A stretch of 64,000 bases of DNA from an uncultured delta proteobacterium (GTDB taxonomy: Bacteria > Myxococcota > UBA727 > VGSZ01), in NCBI GenBank assembly GCA_963775425.1, contig CAVZJB010000016.1:256001-320000 (forward strand), read 5' to 3'. Of this stretch, positions 11,518-22,363 are shown piece after piece (the first letter of the stretch is position 1; each line of letters starts with the position of its first letter). The position numbers and the translations under genes are program-made. The notes under the pieces are model-generated. The model ran no database searches, was not told the DNA's origin, and saw only the letters and a list, made by a program, of their open reading frames with translations.

Positions 11518-12260
11518 GCGTCTGCTCCCGTCCCCGACCCAGAAACCATCCCCCCGGATGCCTTGAATTCACTCGTGAGCCGCGTCACGGCCCAACCTAG
11601 CACGCATCGCCGGCCGACGTGGAGGGCGAGACGGTCCGCTTGGTCGATCAACGATTTTGAGTCACCCAGGGCGGCCATCCGTGCGGAGGAGACGCCGCAG
11701 GGCGCGATGAGCTCGAAGAGCGACAGATCATTCGCCACGTTGATCGCGAGCCCGTGGGTGACGACGCCGCGCTCCACCCGGAAGCCCACCGACGCGAGCT
11801 TGCAGCCGTCCCGTGTATAGACCCCGGCCCCGCGCGCCTCGAGGCACGCCTCGGCGTCGACGCCGTTGTCGCGCGCGAGGTCCACGGCCGCCGCGAGGAG
11901 CGCCCGCGTGAGCCCGGGGACGTCGAGGCCGAAGCGCGAAAGCGGGATCACCGGATAGACGACGAGCTGGCCGGGGCCGTGGGCGGTGGCGCCGCCCCCG
12001 CGCTCGATGCGGCGCACGAGCACGCCGCGGGCGTCGAGGGCGCCGCGGGCGATCAGCTGCGACTCCGGCGCGTGTCGCCCGAGGGTGACGACCTCCTCGC
12101 GGTGGCTGCCGACGAACACCGTGCCCGGGTGCGCGGCCGCGACGACGGCGTCGCGCGCCGCGCGCATCTGCGCGAGCGCGGCGTCGTAGGGCCAGTCGAG
12201 GTGGACCTTGAGGGTGGGCGCCGGCACCGTCGATTGCGACGGGAGGGAGCGGCCGCGCAT
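11514..12260 (-). CDS. lipB: Octanoyltransferase
   Basis: RGGGATAHGPGQLVVYP, KLASVG, HGLAINV, IAPCG. Confidence 0.9.
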   Translation of the reverse strand: MRGRSLPSQSTVPAPTLKVHLDWPYDAALAQMRAARDAVVAAAHPGTVFVGSHREEVVTLGRHAPESQLIARGALDARGVLVRRIERGGGATAHGPGQLVVYPVIPLSRFGLDVPGLTRALLAAAVDLARDNGVDAEACLEARGAGVYTRDGCKLASVGFRVERGVVTHGLAINVANDLSLFELIAPCGVSSARMAALGDSKSLIDQADRLALHVGRRCVLGWAVTRLTSEFKASGGMVSGSGTGADA

Positions 12261-13018
12261 CAAATGCCGACGAGGAGGCGGGCGCCGAAGTTGTACGCGA
12301 GGCCGGCCCCGATGATCTTCTTCATCTGGGCCTCGATGTTGTACTCGGAGCGGACGTACTTGAAGTGGCACGTCTCGGTGTCGAAGACCGCGCAGCAGCT
12401 CCGCGGATCGTAGTCGCGGGGCTGCCCGATGCTGCCGACGGTGATGATGTACTTGAAGTCCTTGCGGACCACGAACTCGGGGCCCTTGACGTTGTAGGCC
12501 TCGTCGGTGCCGAGGGCGAACGAGCGCGTCAGGTGCGAGTGCCCGATGAACGTCACCCAGGCGAGCTGCTCGCGGAACTTGAGCAGCTCCTTGGCCTTCT
12601 CCTTGGTGAAGATGTACTCGAACTCCTCGGGGCATACGGGGCTTCCGTGGCAGAAGTCGATGTCGCCGGCCCAGCCGTTGTTGCCGGAGCCGTCGACGCG
12701 GTGGCGGTACGGGAGGTTCTTGAGCCAGTCGAGCGTCTCGGGGCTCACCTGGGCCTTGCACCAGTCGAGCGCGTGGCGGGCGGCGTCGTAGTAGTAGCTG
12801 TAGTCCATGCGGCCGGAGACGGCGGCGTCATGGTTGCCGACGATGCAGACATCGACGAGGCTGCGCACGCGCTGGGCGCACTCCTCGGGGTTTGCCCCGT
12901 AGCCGACGATGTCGCCGAGGCAGATGTAGCTGTCGATGTGCTCCTTCTCGAGGGCCTTCAGGCTCTCGGTGAGGGCTTCTATGTTCCCGTGGATGTCGGA
13001 GATGATCCCGTAGCGCAT
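12260..13018 (-). CDS. Calcineurin-like metallophosphoesterase (PPP-type phosphatase)
   Basis: SDIHGN, LGDIVGYG, GNHD, HGSP, GHSH, GSIGQPRD. Confidence 0.92.
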   Translation of the reverse strand: MRYGIISDIHGNIEALTESLKALEKEHIDSYICLGDIVGYGANPEECAQRVRSLVDVCIVGNHDAAVSGRMDYSYYYDAARHALDWCKAQVSPETLDWLKNLPYRHRVDGSGNNGWAGDIDFCHGSPVCPEEFEYIFTKEKAKELLKFREQLAWVTFIGHSHLTRSFALGTDEAYNVKGPEFVVRKDFKYIITVGSIGQPRDYDPRSCCAVFDTETCHFKYVRSEYNIEAQMKKIIGAGLAYNFGARLLVGI

Positions 13019-14371
13019 CGTTTTTTGAACCGAGTGGCCAGGATGGCAAGGGTTGTGAGCGCGAGCAAGCTTCCATCTGCACTGCTGCCCTGTTCGGTAC
13101 ATGTGCAGCCCGCGGCGCTGACCTGGACCGAGGCCGGCGCATACGACGCCACGCGGCCCCCGGTGTGCTCGAGGACGCCGTAGACGAAGTGCTCCCCGGG
13201 CTCGAGCCCGGCGAGATCCCAGCGGAACACCCGCGCCCCGTCCGGCCCGGCCGACAGCCCGCCCGCGATGGGGGAGCCGTCCTCACCGCGATCGTCGTTG
13301 TCGTCGAACAGACTGATGGTTCCCGTCTCGCCCTCCGGGAGCTGGACGGTCCAGGTGATCGCCGCGGCGCCGTCCTGGACGTCGTTGACGCCGTCGGGCT
13401 TGTCGAGCTTGAAGTCGACGATGGTCGGTCCGGTGCCGCCGATCTGCACCGTGCCCGGGGCGTAGGCGAAGCTCTCGGCGCCACGGGTGTCCCTGGCGCG
13501 GGCGAAGATGTGCACGGTCCCCGGCGGCAAGCCGGTCGTGTCGAACGAAGCCGACGCCCCCGCGCCGCCGGGCAGGCCCTGGGCGAAGCGGACGCCGGCG
13601 TTGCCGGAGGCGTCGAGGGACCAGAAGAGGTCGACGCTGACGGCGTCGCCCACGTCGGGGTCGGACGCGGAATACACCACGTTCACCAGCGCCGCGGTCT
13701 CGGCGCCGGCGGGCTCGGCCACGCTGACGGTGGGCGGGGTGTTCGGCGTCGGCTCCCCTTCGCCTTCTCCTCGCCTCTCCTTCGCCCTCTCCCTCGCCTT
13801 CTCCCTCGCCCTCGCCCTCTCCTTCGCCCGCCGACGCGGGGCTCTCCGCGCCGGGGCTCGAGGGGCTGCCGTCTTGCCACGACGTCGCGAGCGCGCCGTC
13901 GGCGAGGGGGAACACGCGCTCCATGGTCCGCTTCGGGGTGTTGTTGTCGCCGGCGAGCCAGGCGCCGCCGTCGGCGTTGGCGATGTCGCAGCCAGCGTCG
14001 GCGCAGGTGCCGCCGGGCGCCGGGCAAAGGCACAGCGCCTGGCCGCCGTTGGTGAGGCCGCCGCCGAGGGAGAAGTCGACGCCGCCGGGCGCAGGGAGCG
14101 GCACATCGGTGGTTCGCTGGAGCACGAGGAACGCGCCCGCGTCGAGGCTCTGCGCGGGCAGCGGCCGCACGGTGCTCCCCTGGATGAGGACGAAGCCGGA
14201 GAGGTCGACGGGCTGCGCGCCGGGGTTTTGGATCTCGATCCACTCGTGGCTGGAGCTCGCGTCGTCGCCCATCCACGCCACTTCGGTGATCACCGGATCG
14301 GCCCGTGCCGCGCCGGCGCCGAGGACGAGGACGGCGACGACGGCGGCGGCGGCGGAGGCGTGGCGGAGCAT
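12979..14371 (-). CDS. Secreted lamin-tail-domain protein with (GE)n linker, Ig-like repeats and MYXO-CTERM-like tail; frameshifted near 13770-13778
   Basis: N-half (ORF 13283..14371): signal peptide, VITEVAWMG...EWIEIQN, GE repeat. C-half (ORF 12979..14106): GEGEGEPTPNTPP...AAGCTC...LLALTTLAILATRFKKR. Two single-G losses in the repeat join the halves. Confidence 0.8.
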
Positions 14372-14391
14372 GCCGGGACTCTAGCGCACCC

Positions 14392-14855
14392 TCACCACCC
14401 CGACGCCACCGGCGGCGACGACGGCGCCGGCCTGTGCGCGGGCGCGTCCGCCTTCGGGTTGACGGGCTTGCCGTCCGCGCCCACGAGGGTGGCGAGGGTG
14501 CCGTCGTAGACGATCCCCTGGTCCGCCGTGGGCAGGCCGCGCAGGTTCGTGATCAAGAAGGCGCCGTTTTCGCACGCGGCCTCGCGGAGCGTCTTCATGG
14601 CGCCGTCGGGCCCCTGCTCCTTGAGCTTGTCCCGCGGCCAGTCGAGGACGATGCGCCCGATGTCGACGTGCGGTCGGGTCACCTTCTGCCCGTCCTCGAA
14701 GATGTCGACGTGGCAGCCGCCCGGCCGCGCTTCGAGGGCGGGCGCCCCGCTGTCTCTGTCGAGCTTCACCGGGTTGAGCGTGGTGAGGCACGCCGCGGCC
14801 CCCAGGGCGGCGCCGGCGAAGAGCGCGACGACGCCGCGGCGGCGCGGGCGCTCAC
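14392..14855 (-). CDS. Hypothetical lipoprotein; apparent 1-nt frameshift in its signal peptide
   Basis: In-frame upstream of ORF 14392..14769 reads RGVVALFAGAALGAAACLTTLNPVK (lipobox) but has no start; a GTG overlapping the lipA stop is one base out of frame. Confidence 0.6.
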
Positions 14856-15781
14856 GGGATCACCCGGAGCGCGCGCGGCCGGTGCCCGGCGGCAGCGGCT
14901 GCGCGGGACTGGGCCTGCGCCGCTTCGGCCGCGTGATAGCTCGAGCGGACGAAGGGGCCGGCGAAGACGTGGTGCAGCCCCGCCGCCTCGCCGTGGGCCT
15001 TGAAGCGCGCGTAGCTGTCGTCGTCGACGTAGCGGTCCACGGGCCAGTGCGCGAGCGTGGGCCGCAGGTACTGGCCGACCGTGGCGATGTGCACGCCGAG
15101 GGCGCGCATGGTGTCGAGCGTGGCGAGGACCTCGTCGTCGCGCTCGCCGAGCCCGACCATCATGCCGCTCTTCACCGACCCGTGTCCGCGGCGCGCCGCG
15201 TGGGCCAGCAGCGCGCACGTGTGCTCCCAGCGCGATTGCGGGCGCACCTGCCGGTAGAGCCGCTCGACGGTCTCGAGGTTGTGGTTGAAGACGTCGGGGC
15301 CGGCGTCGAGGACGACGTCGGCGAGGGCGAGGTCGCCGCCGAAGTCGGGCACGAGCACCTCCACCGCCGCCTGCGGCAGCCGCGCCCGCACCGCGCGCAC
15401 GCAGGCGGCCCAGTGGTGGGCGCCGCGATCGGGGAGGTCGTCGCGGTCGACGCTGGTGATGACGACGTGCGCGAGGCCGAGGGAGGCGGCGGCGTCGGCG
15501 AGCTTGTCGGGCTCCCCGGCGTCGAGGGGCCGCGGGCGGGCCGTGGTGACGTTGCAGAAGTGGCAGCGCCGCGTGCAGCGATCGCCCGCGATCATGAAGG
15601 TGGCGGTGCCGGACGCGAAGCACTCGCCGAGGTTCGGGCAGCGCGCCTCCTCGCAGACCGTCGACAGCCCCCGCGCGCGCATCAGGGCGCGCACGCCGTC
15701 GACGCCGCCGCCCCACGCCGGCTTCATCCGCCGGCGCAGGCGCTCGGGGAGCCGCAGCGGGGCGTCCGCGGTGGCGGGCAT
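14852..15781 (-). CDS. lipA: Lipoyl synthase
   Basis: CEEARCPNLGEC auxiliary cluster motif, CTRRCHFC radical-SAM motif, C-terminal RSSY. Confidence 0.96.
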   Translation of the reverse strand: MPATADAPLRLPERLRRRMKPAWGGGVDGVRALMRARGLSTVCEEARCPNLGECFASGTATFMIAGDRCTRRCHFCNVTTARPRPLDAGEPDKLADAAASLGLAHVVITSVDRDDLPDRGAHHWAACVRAVRARLPQAAVEVLVPDFGGDLALADVVLDAGPDVFNHNLETVERLYRQVRPQSRWEHTCALLAHAARRGHGSVKSGMMVGLGERDDEVLATLDTMRALGVHIATVGQYLRPTLAHWPVDRYVDDDSYARFKAHGEAAGLHHVFAGPFVRSSYHAAEAAQAQSRAAAAAGHRPRALRVIP

Positions 15782-16491
15782 CAGGGCGCGTCCGGGTGGG
15801 ACGTGCCGCAGCTCGGGCAGCGCGGCTCGTGGTGGCGCTCGCCGCAGCGGCACATGACGGTGCCGAGGTCCGCGCGCTTGTTGCGCTTTGCCGCCGGCGC
15901 CTCGGGGCGCGACGCGCGGGGAGGCGGGCGGGTGGCCGACGGCGACGGCTCGAAGCCGTCGACCGGGAGCGTACTGACCTCGGCGTCGACGCGAAAGATG
16001 TCCGAGTGGAAGATCCCGCTCACGGGCTGCGCGAAGACGTCGCCGACGGCGTCGCGTCCCGTCGCCTCGAGCCCCGTGACCTCGAGGCCCGGCGCGCCGC
16101 CGCGCACGTCGCCGACCTCGGCGAAGCGCCCGCTGTCGAGGCCGAAGACGGGCTGCGCGTCGACGTGATCGGGGGTGAAGCGCTTGAACAGCGAGCTGTC
16201 GATGAGGCCGGGGATGTCCTCGACCGGTACCTCACCGACGCTCTTGAAGCGCCCCGACTCGATGGCCATGTCGAAGGGGTTGGGGCGGTCGGCGCGCGTG
16301 GCGGGCGTGGGCACCGCGCCCGGCGGCAACGGCAGTCCCGCCGCCTGCAGCGCCTCGATGATCTGCGCGAAGGTCGGCTGGGGGGGCGGGCTCTGCCCGT
16401 ACTGGAAGGTCTGCCCGCAGCTCCGGCACGCGCGCTCTCCGAAGACGAGCGCACCCTTGCAGCGCGGGCAGGCGGCGACCTGCAGCGCCAT
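15781..16491 (-). CDS. Hypothetical protein with terminal zinc ribbons and internal ~20-aa repeats
   Basis: N-terminal CPRC...CRSC, C-terminal CRC...CPSC; stop/start overlaps with both neighbours. Confidence 0.75.
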   Translation of the reverse strand: MALQVAACPRCKGALVFGERACRSCGQTFQYGQSPPPQPTFAQIIEALQAAGLPLPPGAVPTPATRADRPNPFDMAIESGRFKSVGEVPVEDIPGLIDSSLFKRFTPDHVDAQPVFGLDSGRFAEVGDVRGGAPGLEVTGLEATGRDAVGDVFAQPVSGIFHSDIFRVDAEVSTLPVDGFEPSPSATRPPPRASRPEAPAAKRNKRADLGTVMCRCGERHHEPRCPSCGTSHPDAP

Positions 16492-16802
16492 CAATGCGAG
16501 CCTGCGAGCTCGCGGCGCAACTTGGTCTGGAACTCCTCGAAGGAGCCGGGCTGCTGCACCGGCACGTGCAACGCGTACCAGTACTTGTTGCCGCCGACGT
16601 CGGTGAACGAGATGCGCCAGACCTGGCCGGTGTTCTTGTTCAGCAGGTACGTCGACCCGGGCGTGTCGACGATCTCGAACGGGTGGCTGGTCTCCAACGA
16701 CGGCGTCGGCTCCACGTTCTTCTTGGTGCCCTGGGCGAACAGCGCTCCCGCGGTGGCGAGCGAGCCCACGAGGACACCGGCGGCGAGATAGGCGAGCTTC
16801 AT
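16491..16802 (-). CDS. Small secreted hypothetical protein
   Basis: Signal peptide MKLAYLAAGVLVGSLATAGALFA; YLLNKNTGQVW beta-hairpin. Confidence 0.75.
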   Translation of the reverse strand: MKLAYLAAGVLVGSLATAGALFAQGTKKNVEPTPSLETSHPFEIVDTPGSTYLLNKNTGQVWRISFTDVGGNKYWYALHVPVQQPGSFEEFQTKLRRELAGSH

Positions 16803-16827
16803 GGTTCCCCGGTCTACCACGTCCGGC

Positions 16828-17361
16828 TCAGGACGCGTTCTGCTCGCGGTCCTTCATCATCCGGTAGAACTTCCGCTGGATGTCGGGCTCGACGTCGTAG
16901 TTCTTCTTGAGCTCGCTGGCGAGGAACTGCTCCACCACCTTGCCCACGAAGGGGATCTTGACGTTGATGTGCCCCTCGATGATCCGGCGGGTGCCCTCGC
17001 CCTGCGGCTCCAGCTTCCAGACGCCGTGGGCCTCGAGGATGTCCTTCACCTTGTCCTTCAAGGGAACGATGGTCCAGTGGATGGCGTGCTCCGTGGGCTC
17101 GAAGCGCGTGTCCTCGTGCCACGTGAGCATGTCCTCGTTGACGACGCGCCGCGCGCTCGCGGGGATGTCGCCGCCGGCGACGACCTTGAAGCGCCACTCG
17201 ACGCGGCCGTCGCCGAGGTCCTTCTTGTCGACGAGGTCGCGGCTGCGAAACGCAGGCATGCCGCTGAGCATCGCGATGAGCTCGGGGTGGTTGAGGTACC
17301 TCTCGAAGAGGTCCACGGGGATGTCGGGGAACTGGTGCTCGAGCCGGAAAGACGTCGCCAT
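16828..17361 (-). CDS. DUF2505-like START/SRPBCC-fold protein
   Basis: 177 aa; C-terminal GTRRIIEGHINVKIPFVGKVVEQF typical of this family. Confidence 0.75.
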   Translation of the reverse strand: MATSFRLEHQFPDIPVDLFERYLNHPELIAMLSGMPAFRSRDLVDKKDLGDGRVEWRFKVVAGGDIPASARRVVNEDMLTWHEDTRFEPTEHAIHWTIVPLKDKVKDILEAHGVWKLEPQGEGTRRIIEGHINVKIPFVGKVVEQFLASELKKNYDVEPDIQRKFYRMMKDREQNAS

Positions 17362-17370
17362 GCGCGCCGT

Positions 17371-17802
17371 CTAGTCCACGCGCAACAGCACGTCGAGCAC
17401 CTGCTTGGGCAGGCCGGAGGCGGTCCGGTAGTAGGTCTGCTTCCCGGCGTGGCGGGTGGCGACGAAGCCGAGGTTGCGGAGCTGCTTGAGCATCGTCGAC
17501 GTCGCCGACAGCGACAGCCCGAGGACGGCGGCGACGTCGCCGACGCACAGCTCGCTCGCGGCGAGCGCGAGCATGGCCTGCACCCGCGAGGGGTGGGCCA
17601 GGCCCTGCAACCGATCGGCCGCGCGCAGGATGCGCTCGTGATCGGGCATGGCGTCGAGCACGCGCTCGACGTTCTCGGGGTCGAAGACCGCGATCTCCTT
17701 GGGCTCGTCGCGGAAACGCTCGGCGCCCGCGGGCCTCCGCTTGGCGCGAACTTTGGGGCGGAAGGTGTCGTTGCTGCGGCGCTTCTTGTCTTTCTTGCCC
17801 AT
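17371..17802 (-). CDS. ArsR/SmtB-family transcriptional regulator
   Basis: LAHPSRVQAMLAL, ELCVGDVAAVLGLSLSATSTMLKQLRNLGFV, GKQTYY. Confidence 0.88.
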   Translation of the reverse strand: MGKKDKKRRSNDTFRPKVRAKRRPAGAERFRDEPKEIAVFDPENVERVLDAMPDHERILRAADRLQGLAHPSRVQAMLALAASELCVGDVAAVLGLSLSATSTMLKQLRNLGFVATRHAGKQTYYRTASGLPKQVLDVLLRVD

Positions 17803-17905
17803 GGGTCCACGCTTCCACGGCTCTAGAACCGACGCAAGTTTCCGGCTTCGCGTCGCCCCCACGACGACGACGACGGTGACGACGACGACATCGATGCGTG
17901 AGGCG

Positions 17906-19258
17906 CTACGCGTCGAGGCCGTCGAGCGCGCGGCGGAGGTCGGCGGTGAGCGAGCGGGCGCGGGGCAAGAGCGCCTCGAGGACCTTCACGCGCAGGGCGC
18001 GGTCCGGGCGCGCGCCGGGGGCGAGCGCCGCGAGCCGGCTGACCGCGGCGCGGGCGTCGGTGCGCGCCGCGGCGGCGCGCGTGGCGGGGCTCAGCGACAC
18101 GAGCGTCAGCGCGGCGAGGAGCGGGCCGGCGTCGTCGACGTCGACGGCCTCGAAGATGCGGACGATCTCGCCGCGCGCCCTCGCGCCGCCCATGCGGGCG
18201 AGCAGGGACAGCGCGCCCACCGGGTCCTCTGCGAGCACGGCCAGGGCGTCGTCGACGAGGCCGGGGGCGCAGGCGACGTCGCTGGCGGCGACGGCGTCGC
18301 GGGCGTCGGCGCGCGCGCGCAGCAACGGACCGAGCACGTCGCGGGCCTCTTCGGGGTGCACGCTCTCGCACACCGCCACCGTCGACGGCAGGTGCACCCC
18401 GGGCCGCGCGAGCACGGCGTCGCGCGCCTCGGGCGTGCCCAGGCGCGCGAGGAGCTGCGCGGCGGCGACGCGCCCTTCGTCGTCGGCGCCGGGGGTGTCG
18501 AGGAGCAGCGTGTGCAGGCGGAGCTGCGCACCGGCGGAGAAGCGCTCGAGGGAGCGCGGCAGCCGCGCGGTGGCCATCCGCTCCACCCGCGCGGCGGGGG
18601 GCAGCGCCGCGAGCGCCGCCTCGAGGCGCGCGTCGTCGAGCCCGTCGACGGGGACATAGCGCGCGGCGAGCCCCGCGGCGACGCCGAGGTCCCACGGCAC
18701 CGGCTCCTCGTCGCGCCGCGCCCACACCGCCGCGGGCGCGATGCGCGCGACCGCCTCCGCCGCGCGGGTGCGCAGAGGCAACGGCAGGCGCGCGTCGTCG
18801 AGCATCACCAACAGCGCGCGCTCCACCGCCGGCGAACGCGGCGCCCGCAGCGGGAGCAGACCGAGCGCGCGCGCGCGGCGCTCCACCTCGGCGGGGGCCA
18901 TGCGCCGGAGCGCGTCGGGCAGCCCCTCGACGGCACGCGCCAGGGCGTCGGGCGGGGCCCACGCGTGCACGTCGACGTCGCCGAAGCGCCCGCGGGCGCA
19001 GGCGTCGACCAGGTGCGGGATGCCCGTGGACGCCAGGAGCCCGCCGAGCTCCGCCTGGTTTTTGCCCTTCGCCTCCTGGGCGAGCCCCTCGACGACCGCG
19101 ACGGCGCGCGCGCCGTCGGCGGTGGCGAGCGCGTCGAACGCGGCGCGGCGGTTGGCGCCCCGCCGCGTCTTGATGTGCCTGCCGAGGCGGGCGAGCTTGT
19201 CCTCGAGCGGCTCCGCGGGGAGCGCGTCGCGCCGCAAGGAGCGTTTGTTGAGGGACAC
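17906..19258 (-). CDS. Hypothetical alpha-helical (HEAT-repeat-like) protein
   Basis: Ala/Leu/Arg-rich helical repeats (RTRAAEAVARI, RVAAAQLLARLG); GTG at 19258 lies 6 nt after TATAGT. Confidence 0.65.
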   Translation of the reverse strand: MSLNKRSLRRDALPAEPLEDKLARLGRHIKTRRGANRRAAFDALATADGARAVAVVEGLAQEAKGKNQAELGGLLASTGIPHLVDACARGRFGDVDVHAWAPPDALARAVEGLPDALRRMAPAEVERRARALGLLPLRAPRSPAVERALLVMLDDARLPLPLRTRAAEAVARIAPAAVWARRDEEPVPWDLGVAAGLAARYVPVDGLDDARLEAALAALPPAARVERMATARLPRSLERFSAGAQLRLHTLLLDTPGADDEGRVAAAQLLARLGTPEARDAVLARPGVHLPSTVAVCESVHPEEARDVLGPLLRARADARDAVAASDVACAPGLVDDALAVLAEDPVGALSLLARMGGARARGEIVRIFEAVDVDDAGPLLAALTLVSLSPATRAAAARTDARAAVSRLAALAPGARPDRALRVKVLEALLPRARSLTADLRRALDGLDA

Positions 19259-19278
19259 GCTCCGACTATAAGGCGCGC
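19259..19278. promoter_or_regulatory. Putative bidirectional -10 element serving two leaderless genes
   Basis: 20-bp intergenic gap; TATAAG (+, 19267-19272) 6 nt before metG ATG and TATAGT (-, 19270-19265) 6 nt before the divergent GTG. Confidence 0.6.
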
Positions 19279-21357
<2,079 letters not shown>

Positions 21358-21359
21358 CG

Positions 21360-22223
21360 TCAGCGCCGGGGGAGCACTTCGTCGAGCACGCGGCCGACGA
21401 GGGAGACCTCGACCTTGCTCCAGGCGTCGGCGTCGTCGTCCGCGCGCAGCGCGTTGCGCGTCTCGCTGACGTGCTTGGTCACAATGAGCGCGTCGGCGTC
21501 GGCGTCGACGACGTCGGCGTTCAGCGTGAGCACGTGGCTCACCACCGCTGCGTGGGGCTTTTCCACGTGCGTGTTGATGGCGATGAGCGGCCGCTTCAGG
21601 TCACGGGCGAACTCGAGCGCGCCGGCGCGGTCGGCGACGAACTGGTCCGGCGCCTCCACGCAGCGGGCTTCGAGCCCGCGCAGCACGGCGGCCTTGGCAC
21701 CCTCGTCGACGCTCTTGCTCCACAGGAGCACGATGGCGGTCTTCTGCGCGCAGCTATGCACCACTACCGGCGGCGCCGGCTCGGTGATCTGGCGGCGCAG
21801 CACGTGGACAGCGTCGTCGACCACCCGGATGGCCTCGCGCGAGCCGGTGGCCCGGGAGGCGCGCCCGAGGAGGTTGGCGCTGCGCATGGCGCGGCCGCGG
21901 CGCTCGCCGGCGGCCGTGTCGAACGCGGTGACGTCGACGGAGAACAGCGTGCCCTGCGTGCGGTCCTCCAGCGCCTCCACGAGGCCTGCGCGGGCCACGA
22001 GCAGCCACGGCAGGCGAGCGTCGGCCGCCTCCCGCAGCATCTGCTCGTCGCTGCCCGCCTTGAGCTCGACGAGGTCGAAGCAGCCCCGGGACAGCGCGTC
22101 CTCGACGAGGCCGGCGGCGACGGGGTCGCCGTCGTCGACGAACGCGACGCCGGCTTTCACCGTGGTCTCGCACGATGACGGGGTGGGGACGATGGCGGCG
22201 AGGGCGAGCGCGAGTGCGATCAT
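21360..22223 (-). CDS. Secreted hypothetical protein, possibly an internal two-domain duplication
   Basis: Signal MIALALALAAIVP; two similar halves starting SCETTVKAGVAF and SCAQKTAIVLL. Confidence 0.65.
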   Translation of the reverse strand: MIALALALAAIVPTPSSCETTVKAGVAFVDDGDPVAAGLVEDALSRGCFDLVELKAGSDEQMLREAADARLPWLLVARAGLVEALEDRTQGTLFSVDVTAFDTAAGERRGRAMRSANLLGRASRATGSREAIRVVDDAVHVLRRQITEPAPPVVVHSCAQKTAIVLLWSKSVDEGAKAAVLRGLEARCVEAPDQFVADRAGALEFARDLKRPLIAINTHVEKPHAAVVSHVLTLNADVVDADADALIVTKHVSETRNALRADDDADAWSKVEVSLVGRVLDEVLPRR

Positions 22224-22363
22224 CGAGACCCCGGGGCTGAGGTGACGCGCGAGTGGACCCCGTGAAAACCGATGGGGCAACCCCGTTCTTCTCGGTCGAT
22301 CGGATGAGCCCGGTCACAAGACGGATGGGCCGTGGTAGCCGCCTCTCAAAAGCGGAGGTCGTC

